A DNA stretch of 63,755 nucleotides, counting the filler, from an uncultured bacterium (GTDB lineage Bacteria; Latescibacterota; UBA2968): NCBI GenBank assembly GCA_964471275.1. It is 2 parts of 2 records of this genome, joined end to end, with 100 filler letters (N's around TTAATTAATTAA, not from the genome) between each part and the next. Parts side by side here need not be neighbours in the genome. Positions count along the whole stretch, not along the records: positions 32,016 to 63,755 come from CAYYGZ010000022.1; 1 more part is not named here. The stretch is one strand, 5' to 3'. Below the pieces are notes generated by a model. That model searched no databases and was not told the origin of the DNA. It saw nothing but the letters and a program-made list of their open reading frames with translations. Each line of letters starts with the position of its first letter. Position 1 is the stretch's first letter. Positions 49,838 to 58,343 of the stretch are shown piece after piece. The translations under genes and the position numbers were made by a program.

Positions 49838-49992
49838 GAAATATACGGAAATGGCGACTGGGTCCTAGCGAGGCTATCCCTCAAATATGGGCACTTCTGC
49901 TTTGATCCGTGACTTCGAGCAGGTTTACACGTCGTGCAAGGCGTATCGAGAAGCCATGTTGTGTGGCCACGAAGAAGACGCAAACCAGGTCA

Positions 49993-50760
49993 TCAATCCA
50001 CATCACCCGAGAACGAGTCAGGGGATGCCAGGAACCGTCTGCTGATGAAGATGCCGCCGGAGTGGAGGAGATGACTGAACGGCATCACGACCAGAAGCAG
50101 CTGAACGGTCAGAAGATGGAGAACCAGGTTCGGGCCCAATGCGGGTGCGGCAGGCGCAAACACGGCAAGGCTCTCCAGATAGGCAGAGAAGGCAGCGCCG
50201 TCCGGAGGGTCATACGCGACCCAGAGACCCGTCACGACAGTGAGACCAAGTAGGATCTCGGAGAGATAGTCCGTGAGCGAAGTGATCTGGCGAACACGGG
50301 TCACCAGAACCCGGCGAACCAGAAGCACTGCCGCGCTGCCTAGGAGAATCCAGCCTGATGTTCGGCCGATGTCCCTAAGGAACGGCTTGTCCACCCATTC
50401 TGACAGCGGAAGGATCCACTTCAGGTGAAGCACGAAGAGGAGCGTCAGCGATACATGGTACAGCCAGGACCCGAGCCAGAGCAATTTGTCGCGCCGAAAC
50501 AGACCCGCGAAGAGGATGAAACCCTTGAAATCCCGCCAGAGACGCACGCCTCCCGTATCAACCGGATTCGGGAACAGTTCGATTGTCGGTCGATACTGGC
50601 GTGCCCAGACTGCCCTCGTGCTTCTGGGGCCCGGGATCAGCTTCAGGGCAGGATTGTAGAGCTTCATCCAGAACCAGAGACGTAGGAGGATCAGGATCGT
50701 GTATACGGGGACCACGACGTACGGCATGATCACCAGTGTTATGTAGGTGAGTGTGTCGAT
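49993..50760 (-). CDS. DsrM/HmcE/NarI-like membrane cytochrome b
   Basis: TM helices with heme-ligand His pairs WLYHVSLTLLFVLH and LHLL...PFSHLLHSGG. Frame is open upstream to the N gap at 50813; start uncertain. Confidence 0.85.
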   Translation of the reverse strand: MDTLTYITLVIMPYVVVPVYTILILLRLWFWMKLYNPALKLIPGPRSTRAVWARQYRPTIELFPNPVDTGGVRLWRDFKGFILFAGLFRRDKLLWLGSWLYHVSLTLLFVLHLKWILPLSEWVDKPFLRDIGRTSGWILLGSAAVLLVRRVLVTRVRQITSLTDYLSEILLGLTVVTGLWVAYDPPDGAAFSAYLESLAVFAPAAPALGPNLVLHLLTVQLLLVVMPFSHLLHSGGIFISRRFLASPDSFSGDVD

Positions 50761-50927
50761 CTCTTCGCACTCGAGATAGGATTGCAGACCATCGGTTTGG
50801 GTCGATCCAGCCNNNNNNNNNNTTTAGGCAAACTCAAACCAATACAGAAGGTTTTCACGCGCAGTCGAATCTTGTAGATTAACTCCGTTCGCTAAATACT
50901 CACAAGACCAATGAGCCCCTCTGACCC

Positions 50928-51941
50928 ATGAAAATTCGAATAATCTTTACGCTGGCCTTGCTCGCCTGCTCCGCTCAGGATGACCCATCGGACGTCAACA
51001 TCGCTCCTCTGCCTGAGGACAGGACCGGTTACACATACATCAAGCCGGGCGGGTTCCAGATCAATTACAATCGCGAATTCGTTCCTGCGAACAAGGCCGA
51101 ACTTGGCGCCAAAGACATCGTCATTGGAGTCAATCTGGATGGCGAGGCCAGAGCCTATCCGGTCAACTTCATGACGGGACCGGTCAACGAAGTCGTGAAC
51201 GATCACGTGGGTAAGTCGAACATCACCGTCGCCTGGTGTTCGGTCGACTACAGCGGTGTCGTCTACCATCGCGAGTTCGAAGGACGACCGTATCACTTCG
51301 GTGTCATGGGTATGGACAACGGAGTGATGGTCCTTTATGATCGGCAGACCGGTTCACGGTGGAATCAACTCGTAGGGAAAGCCGTAAGCGGGCAGATGGA
51401 AGGCGAACGTCTTCGCACGCTGCCGTCCACCCTGACCAGTTGGGAGCAATGGCGCGAATCCCATCCGGAAACAACTGTCTACGTCAACCGACGTGTCCCG
51501 TATCAGTCCCAGTTTACAGCCGCGTCAATACGCGAATTAGCCACAAAGGACAAGAGCTCAGAGCTAACGCAGACAGACTTGGTGCTTGCGCTCGAGGGAC
51601 ATATCGACGCCAAGGCCTATCCCATCAAACAGCTTGCGAAAGATCCCGTCGTCAACGACTCGTTCGAACAGGTGCCTATTCTCGTTGCTCTCTCTGACGA
51701 CCTCTCTACAGCCAAGATCTATGACCGCCGGGTCGATGGTCGCACGCTGACATTCGAGAGATCCTGGTTTGGTGGAAAGTTGGTCGATACCGAAACCGGA
51801 ACGGAATGGAACCTCCTCACGGGCCAGGGAATCAACGGCAGTCTCTCCGGGCAGACGCTTCAACCCATCCCGGCCACTTACGTCCTCTGGTATGCCTGGA
51901 AGACCTATAGACCGGACTCGGCCATTCACGGACAAGGCTGA
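50928..51941 (+). CDS. DUF3179 domain lipoprotein
   Basis: Lipobox LLAC; GEARAYP...EVVND.VG, LYDRQTGSRWNQ..G.AVSG, internally duplicated second half (AKAYP...VVND...DTETGTEW). Confidence 0.85.
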   Translation: MKIRIIFTLALLACSAQDDPSDVNIAPLPEDRTGYTYIKPGGFQINYNREFVPANKAELGAKDIVIGVNLDGEARAYPVNFMTGPVNEVVNDHVGKSNITVAWCSVDYSGVVYHREFEGRPYHFGVMGMDNGVMVLYDRQTGSRWNQLVGKAVSGQMEGERLRTLPSTLTSWEQWRESHPETTVYVNRRVPYQSQFTAASIRELATKDKSSELTQTDLVLALEGHIDAKAYPIKQLAKDPVVNDSFEQVPILVALSDDLSTAKIYDRRVDGRTLTFERSWFGGKLVDTETGTEWNLLTGQGINGSLSGQTLQPIPATYVLWYAWKTYRPDSAIHGQG

Positions 51942-52391
51942 TCCTACGCTATCCTGTGGCAGATCATAATTCCTCACGCAGTCAGTGGAGCCGTCGCACT
52001 CGATACGCCTCTCGACTCATTCCTTTAATTTCCTATAAAACAATCTGTTACGATTCACTGGCTTCCAGCAGATGGAGCGGCACGCTAATTGCCGATCTCA
52101 AGCAGAGCCACCTGCGTTTCGGGAAGTTCGGATGAATCGCCTCACTCACATTACCGGCACGGCCGTATTTGTCGCGACCCGGGTCAACCCGGGAAGGGCT
52201 CAGTATCCACAGGACGGCTGCCCTTCGTTTGCGGAAACATCGGGCGGCGGGTTCGACGCACCAGAGTTTGGTACACTTGATTCGGGACTTGAAATCGATG
52301 CGAGTGCTTACGTCGATTCTGCCACCCCCTGATACGCTCAGATGCCTTTGGGAAACCCGGCGATGAATAAGCAAATGACATGGAGGATCCC

Positions 52392-52841
52392 GTGAAAGAC
52401 CCGTACAGAGGTTTGGTCCTGTCGGTCACGTTGATTCTGACAGCCTGCGGCTGAGACAGTCCCCCTACCGTCATCGGAGAAACAGTCAACCCCGTGACGA
52501 ACAGGGAGGCGGCCAGCGGGGGAAACCATCTAAATTCGATTCTGTTCCCCTTTGATCATCTGTTCGCGATTGTAGAGCGAGACGAGATCCCGGCGACCAC
52601 CGATCGAAGGATGGTCGGCCCGAGGGACGAACTGGCACGCTATCTCCTGCCCGATGACAAAGTCTTCGGCGTCAACATCAACGGAGACATTCGAGCCTAT
52701 CCCCACAACATTGGATGGTGGCACGAAATTATGAACGATGTCGTGGGGGGGTTGCCCGTGGTCATGCCCTTCTTCCTGTTTGAGACCAGCCACGCTTCCA
52801 AGACAGAGCCAGTGGCACAGAGATTCCCTCTCCCATCGTAA
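52392..52841 (+). pseudogene. Disrupted and truncated DUF3179 paralog
   Basis: GGAGG RBS, GTG 52392, LILTACG then in-frame TGA 52452-52454, RDEIPA...FGVNINGDIRAYPHNIGWWHEIMNDVVGG, then similarity is lost. Confidence 0.7.
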
Positions 52842-52876
52842 GGGAAAGGGCGGTCGCGCCCGCGACCGGGTGAGAG
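52826..52876 (+). repeat. CCCTCTCCC-type REP-like palindrome
   Basis: CCCTCTCCC-N7-GGGAAAGGG, then CGGTCGCG/CGCGACCG and GGTGAGAG; degenerate TYTGCCY heptamers follow. Confidence 0.55.
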
Positions 52877-52933
52877 CTCACCTGTCTGCCTTCCGCCCTT
52901 TGCCCTTTGCCATCTGCCTTTTCCTCTACCTCC

Positions 52934-55900
52934 CTACTCCATACCCCCTTCAGCGATGTCCTTTGTGTTCTCCCACGGGAGGGGCTCTGGCCGCTGCGTA
53001 AAGGTCTTCGACCGGACGTAATCTCTGTAGGCGGCTGGCCCAATACGACGTGTGAGTGTTTCGCGAATCATCCGTCGATGTGCCTCGGTATCTGGGAACG
53101 TCTCACCTTCCGGATAGGGATAGGCTGTCATCGCGTGGAAGGGCAGCGGAAGCACCGTGTCACCGGTGACGGTATTCCGATCCGAATCCTTGTCCCAGCC
53201 ATCGCTCAGGAAGAAGAAGCTCCGGGTCATCCCAATCGGCAACTCCGGCAGAGCGGATGCGTCGAAGCGAATCGTGATTTCCTCGCCCGCCGTGAATACG
53301 GTCATCAGATCATCGGTAGCGTTCACCAGGTTCGTGACATCCCCAAACCGTGTTACGAGTCCCGTCATATCCTTCCAGACGGGCAATGAAACCTTCTTGG
53401 CATAATTGTACAGGTGAGGACCCTCTGGTGACGGCCGGACCATCTCCGAAAATCCGCCGTAGTGGAGGTCTGCTGACACGGGTTTCAGGCGTGTAACCCT
53501 TGTTCCCCGTTCAGCCACAGCATCCGCAAGGAATGCGAGATCGTAGTAGATCTGGTAGTTGGTACGAATCCGAACTCGCGCATCAGCGGGATCGATCTGA
53601 TCCTCGAGGTCGAGAACCATCCACTTGTCCTTCCCCTTCGGAAGGCCGAAAGGCCGATCGAGCGTCACCCACGCGCCCGCTCGCCACACATCGATCATCG
53701 GGAAGTCCGGTTTCACCGCTTCGCCCTGCGAGACGTTCACATTGATGCTCGTATCCGTCCAGAAGATCCAGCCTCGCATCACCAATGTGGGGTTGGCAAG
53801 GTCGGACACATCACCGAACGCCATCGTCAGCGTATGCGGTTCGACGAGTCCCTGGTAGCGTGTGGGTTTCAACACGTTGGGATACCGGTAATCGTAGGCC
53901 GACAGACGCTCTGCAACATCCTCACCATTCGTGTTCAGCGCTGTCATCGGGTAGCGCCTCCCCCGGGTCGTCACCACCTCGGGATCACTATACGGAGGCG
54001 GCACAAACCGCTCATCCGTAAAGGCCTCGACCCCCTCTGGATGATCGACCACCCACAGCCCGACCTCATCGAGGTAGATCGTTTCCCAGAGCTCCTCCGT
54101 GAACTGGAAGACGTATTCGCCATCCTGTTCTGCCATCAGATCCGAGTCGATCTTCACGATCTCGCGAGGATTGTCTGATGCGATCACGCCATCGGCCAGT
54201 TGGAGACCGAGTGGTGCTGCGCCAAGCAGATCGGTCACAAAGCGGTATCGCTCACCGTCCCAGACATACAGATAGGGACACGAACCTTTCAGCACCTGCT
54301 TCTCCCTGAGCGTCTGGTTGGCTTCGGGCCGGAACGCGTTCTGCGGCACACCGTTGCTCCACGTCACCCGAACCAGGTCCGCCTGTGTCAACTGACCAAG
54401 CCCGAAATGCATGACAGGCCGATCGACATACTGCAGCTGGTAATGGAAACCCGCCTTCACCTCCACCCGGCTGCCATACCCGTTCAGATTGTTCTTCGTT
54501 CCGCGCGTCTGCAGACCGACGAGGCCCAAGCGAAGCCAGTGATTCGCGTTCCCCCCATCATTCCGGACCGTCTCGATCGTCCCATCCTGACGGAGCGCAA
54601 TCAGATCCAAATCACCGTCATTCTCGATATCCGACCATCCAATCGCGACCGCATTCCCACCGGACCCGGCAATCTCCCGGTAGACCCACCCTCCCTGACC
54701 GTCGTTTCGGTAGACGGCCAGTTCGCCATCGCGGCTCACCGCAACATCGGTCCAACCGTCGTTGTCATAGTCACCCGGGCTTACCTGGCTGAAGGGTCCT
54801 TCGTCGATGACCACATCGCTCGCGAATTGGTCCACCCGCCAGTATCTCACGGCCAGGGCACCGGATTCGGTCACCGTAACCAGATCCATCCATCCATCGT
54901 TATCCGCATCGACAGATGCCACGGACCGGTAGACACTTTCGCCAAACCCGCGATCTACCTCGGCAAACCGGCCCAGCCTGAGATTGTCGAACAGTCTCAG
55001 ACGACCGCTGCCGTCGATCGCCACCAGATCCGGATCGTCATCGTCATCGTGATCAACCGAAATAACGGAACGGATACCGGGTAGATCGTCAATACCGATT
55101 CGGTCACTCACCTCCCGGAAACGTCCATCCATTCGGTTCTGCCACACGTAAAAACCATCGGACGCGCCCAGAGCCAGGTCCAGATCGCCCTCGTTGTCCA
55201 TATCCACAATCGCGACGGTGTTCACGTCACCCGAAACGATCTCGGTTCCTGCTGTGACATCCGTGAGAGATCCGGTCGAGTCGCCCCTGACCATCCGAGT
55301 ACCGGTCTGACCGATGCTCAGCAGATCGAAGGCCCCGTCGTTGTCGAAATCGAGAATGTAGATCTCCCTAGCGGCAGGCCCGCTCCACCCATTTGTATGG
55401 CGAGAGCCATCCGACAGAAAGAGCCAGGACCCGCCCTGGTCGCCATCGATCGAAGCCACCCAATCCTCGATCCCGTCGTCGTTTACGTCAGCGAAATTTA
55501 GGCTGCCGTGACGACCGGACCCACCCAAAGGGTATGTTTCTTCTCCACCCACCCACTCCACGCTGATTTCAGCAGGAACTTCGCGACGCAGCGTCTTGTG
55601 GAAGCGATCGCTGAACCGGAGAACGGGCAGACCGACGACCGGGTTCTGCAGGCTCTCGAGCGCCTGCTTGTATCTCTCGGATGGCCGGAGCACATTCTCG
55701 AGAACGGTGAATCCACGAGCTGCCAGCATAGAGTTCCCCGAAACGAGACCTTTCTCAACAAGCGCCAGGACACGTTCCTGAACACCTGCATCGTCGAGAA
55801 GCGATTTCACCGCTGCAAAGCTTTCCCGGGCAGATTCGAAATCGCCGCTCGCGGCTCGATCCTTCGCGTACTTCATACGGATCGCCGGGTTGTCCGGCAC

Positions 55901-56413
55901 CAGCACAACCAGCCGCTCCATATCCTCGGCGGCGGTTGCATCACGTGCATCGGACCTGGCGGACTGACTGGCTCGATATCTGGCGTAGCGAACGATTGGG
56001 TCATCTGGCGACAGCTTTACCGCCTGATCGAGAGCTTGAAGCGCGTCCTCCCAGCGATTCGCCGCGCTGTTGGCCTCGGACATCAGGTAGAGCACGTGCG
56101 TGTCTTCAGGTGCGACGCTGTGAGCTTCGCCCAGCCAGTAAAGGGCGGAGTCCACTTGGCTGAGGCGAAGATGGCTCACGGCTAGGTTCGCATAACCGAG
56201 AGGCTCTTCCGGGACGAGCGCAATCACTTCCTGGAACATCACCAAGGCGTCTTTGGGCTGCTCCTGCTCGAGATATGCGATCCCGAGATTTTTCGCGCGC
56301 TCCACGTCAAGGCTGGGTAGCTGTGCATCGATCGGTAGCACGATACACAGCATCGCCGCCAGTATCGAGAATCCACGTCTATTGTGAATCGACAAAGCGT
56401 TCCTCCGAAACAA
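52934..56413 (-). CDS. Large TPR + FG-GAP + ASPIC/UnbV protein with extra C-terminal domain
   Basis: Signal peptide, TPRs, many DxDxDG repeats, NHWLRL...HFGLG...WSNG, then a KGSCPYLYVWDG domain; 1159 aa, start uncertain. Confidence 0.85.
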   Translation of the reverse strand: MFRRNALSIHNRRGFSILAAMLCIVLPIDAQLPSLDVERAKNLGIAYLEQEQPKDALVMFQEVIALVPEEPLGYANLAVSHLRLSQVDSALYWLGEAHSVAPEDTHVLYLMSEANSAANRWEDALQALDQAVKLSPDDPIVRYARYRASQSARSDARDATAAEDMERLVVLVPDNPAIRMKYAKDRAASGDFESARESFAAVKSLLDDAGVQERVLALVEKGLVSGNSMLAARGFTVLENVLRPSERYKQALESLQNPVVGLPVLRFSDRFHKTLRREVPAEISVEWVGGEETYPLGGSGRHGSLNFADVNDDGIEDWVASIDGDQGGSWLFLSDGSRHTNGWSGPAAREIYILDFDNDGAFDLLSIGQTGTRMVRGDSTGSLTDVTAGTEIVSGDVNTVAIVDMDNEGDLDLALGASDGFYVWQNRMDGRFREVSDRIGIDDLPGIRSVISVDHDDDDDPDLVAIDGSGRLRLFDNLRLGRFAEVDRGFGESVYRSVASVDADNDGWMDLVTVTESGALAVRYWRVDQFASDVVIDEGPFSQVSPGDYDNDGWTDVAVSRDGELAVYRNDGQGGWVYREIAGSGGNAVAIGWSDIENDGDLDLIALRQDGTIETVRNDGGNANHWLRLGLVGLQTRGTKNNLNGYGSRVEVKAGFHYQLQYVDRPVMHFGLGQLTQADLVRVTWSNGVPQNAFRPEANQTLREKQVLKGSCPYLYVWDGERYRFVTDLLGAAPLGLQLADGVIASDNPREIVKIDSDLMAEQDGEYVFQFTEELWETIYLDEVGLWVVDHPEGVEAFTDERFVPPPYSDPEVVTTRGRRYPMTALNTNGEDVAERLSAYDYRYPNVLKPTRYQGLVEPHTLTMAFGDVSDLANPTLVMRGWIFWTDTSINVNVSQGEAVKPDFPMIDVWRAGAWVTLDRPFGLPKGKDKWMVLDLEDQIDPADARVRIRTNYQIYYDLAFLADAVAERGTRVTRLKPVSADLHYGGFSEMVRPSPEGPHLYNYAKKVSLPVWKDMTGLVTRFGDVTNLVNATDDLMTVFTAGEEITIRFDASALPELPIGMTRSFFFLSDGWDKDSDRNTVTGDTVLPLPFHAMTAYPYPEGETFPDTEAHRRMIRETLTRRIGPAAYRDYVRSKTFTQRPEPLPWENTKDIAEGGME

Positions 56414-58190
56414 TACCTTCTGGTGAAATCGTAATCGTTTGCCCTGCCTTCACCGACAGGTGTATCGTCATCTTGCCCGCGGGCCACATCACCTCAAGCG
56501 TATCTGCCCCGAGAGCCTGACCGATCCCGAATGTCAGGGGAGTCTCGCTCTGGCTCATGTAGGATGATCCTGTTCGAACCATCAGCTCGGTTGACCGATC
56601 GTTCGCGACAACGCGGACCCTTGCACCGATGACTCTGGTATTCGGGGGCTTACCCGTGAGTACGACACGAATCGCGTTCCCCGTCTTCGAATCATTCCGG
56701 GCTACGATCGGTGTCCCGCCGTTCTCTACCATCACCAGGTCCGGATCGCCATCCCCGTCGAGATCACCATAGGCCAGACCACGTCCCACAATCGGTCGCG
56801 CAAAACCGGAACCCGCCGTCGACGTGACCTCCTCGAACCGTTTCGACCCGTCGTTCCGGAATATCTGGGGCAGCTGACGGTAGGTGATCTCCTTCTGAAC
56901 ACGATTGATATCTGGCTCGAGGTGGCCGTTCACACAGACGAGATCCAGATACCCATCCAGATCGACGTCCACAAAGGTGACGCCGAATGTCAGCTTCAGA
57001 AGCGTGGGAGTTGCAATACGCTTCTTACCAGCAAAATCGATGAACAGATCTTCCCACGCCTGGACATACAACGAAAGCGATTCCCTCGAGAAATTACCAA
57101 TCGCGATGCCCACGCTCCCCGACGTATCGATGCGAGCCACATCGACGCCCATCCCCGCACGTGCTCGCCCTCCTTCGTCGTAGGCCACCCCCGCGATCAG
57201 GGCGATATCCTCGAACGTCCCGTCTCCCGCGTTCTTATACAGCGCATTCGGCTGTGTGTCATTCGTGACGATGATATCCGGATCGCCGTCACCGTCATAG
57301 TCGGCGATCGCTACTCCCATCGTTTTACCGTCGGGGTTATGGATGCCCGATGCCTTCGAGGCGTCACTGAACGTACCATCCCCCAGGTTACGGTAGAGTC
57401 GGGAGGACAAACCGTGATACTCCTGGGGCGTCGCATAGGATTTGCTCTCCCCATCGATCGACGTGAACAGATCCGTCGAAGGCGACCACTGTACGTAGTT
57501 CCCAACAAACAGGTCCAGCCATCCGTCACGATCGATGTCCACCCAGGCTGCACTGGTCGACCACTCGGGCTCTCTCTTCCCGTCGTCCGTCTCCCAATGT
57601 CCCCCCGCCACACCGGCCGCCGCTGTCACATCAATAAACCTCCCCCCGTCGTTCCGCAGCAGCAGGTTGTCACCGACGCCCGTCAGATACAGATCCGGAT
57701 CACCATCGCCATCGTAATCTCCCGCCGTTCCACCCATACCGTAGACCAGAACGTCAAGTGCCGCCATTTTGGTCACATCCTTGAATCGCATCCCACCGAA
57801 GTTTTCATACAGGCGTGGGGTGGGTATCACCCCTTCTCCCGCGTGACCGGGCCAGTGTGTCCCGCTCAGAAACAGGATATCCTGCAGATTGTCGCCGTTG
57901 TAGTCGAAAATCACCACCCCGCTCGCCAGGCTCTCCGGCATCCACTTGGCACCGAACGCTCCCGTTTGATGCACAAAATCGATCCCGGATTCACGGGTCA
58001 CATCGGTGAACAGAATGGTCGGCAGACGGGGCTGCTCGACAACAGTGCTGTCGACCGAAACTTCGGTCTTCGTGTAGGAGGAAGTATCGACCTGTTTAGA
58101 AACAGGTTCCTGGCTGCAACTGAGAGTCAGCAGGAGGATCGCGAGGAATAAGGACGACCAGACCGATTGGATACAGGCTGTTCGTGACAA
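56379..58190 (-). CDS. CRTAC1 family FG-GAP/ASPIC-UnbV lipoprotein
   Basis: Lipobox LTLSC; FTDVT..SGIDFVH; DYDGDGDPD repeats; GSSYMSQSE..LTFGIG. Confidence 0.9.
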   Translation of the reverse strand: MSRTACIQSVWSSLFLAILLLTLSCSQEPVSKQVDTSSYTKTEVSVDSTVVEQPRLPTILFTDVTRESGIDFVHQTGAFGAKWMPESLASGVVIFDYNGDNLQDILFLSGTHWPGHAGEGVIPTPRLYENFGGMRFKDVTKMAALDVLVYGMGGTAGDYDGDGDPDLYLTGVGDNLLLRNDGGRFIDVTAAAGVAGGHWETDDGKREPEWSTSAAWVDIDRDGWLDLFVGNYVQWSPSTDLFTSIDGESKSYATPQEYHGLSSRLYRNLGDGTFSDASKASGIHNPDGKTMGVAIADYDGDGDPDIIVTNDTQPNALYKNAGDGTFEDIALIAGVAYDEGGRARAGMGVDVARIDTSGSVGIAIGNFSRESLSLYVQAWEDLFIDFAGKKRIATPTLLKLTFGVTFVDVDLDGYLDLVCVNGHLEPDINRVQKEITYRQLPQIFRNDGSKRFEEVTSTAGSGFARPIVGRGLAYGDLDGDGDPDLVMVENGGTPIVARNDSKTGNAIRVVLTGKPPNTRVIGARVRVVANDRSTELMVRTGSSYMSQSETPLTFGIGQALGADTLEVMWPAGKMTIHLSVKAGQTITISPEGIVSEERFVDSQ

Positions 58191-58343
58191 AACGTCTTCA
58201 GGTCCGATCGAGAGTACGGGGTTTGCGTCTGGCGTGTATTAATGATGAGTAACAGCTACGTCACAGGAACAGTGGATATTGGCCAGGCAGAATGTTTACA
58301 AGATAACCTGTAGAAACGCCTAGGGCGATTCGATTCTGATCTA

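Noticed and set aside
46730..50812. Evidence that the organism is a dissimilatory sulfate reducer or sulfur oxidiser
   Set aside because: No dsrAB, aprAB, sat or dsrJOP in the window; DsrMK-like and DsrC-like genes alone are not diagnostic.
52072..52332. 86-aa plus-strand ORF ending in TGA as a gene or Sec read-through
   Set aside because: No motif, no Cys-like context, and another stop follows about 20 codons later.
52452..52454. In-frame TGA in the second DUF3179 copy as a second selenocysteine
   Set aside because: It lies right after the lipobox (LTACG), not at a redox motif. No convincing hairpin follows and the gene is also truncated, so a nonsense mutation is more likely.
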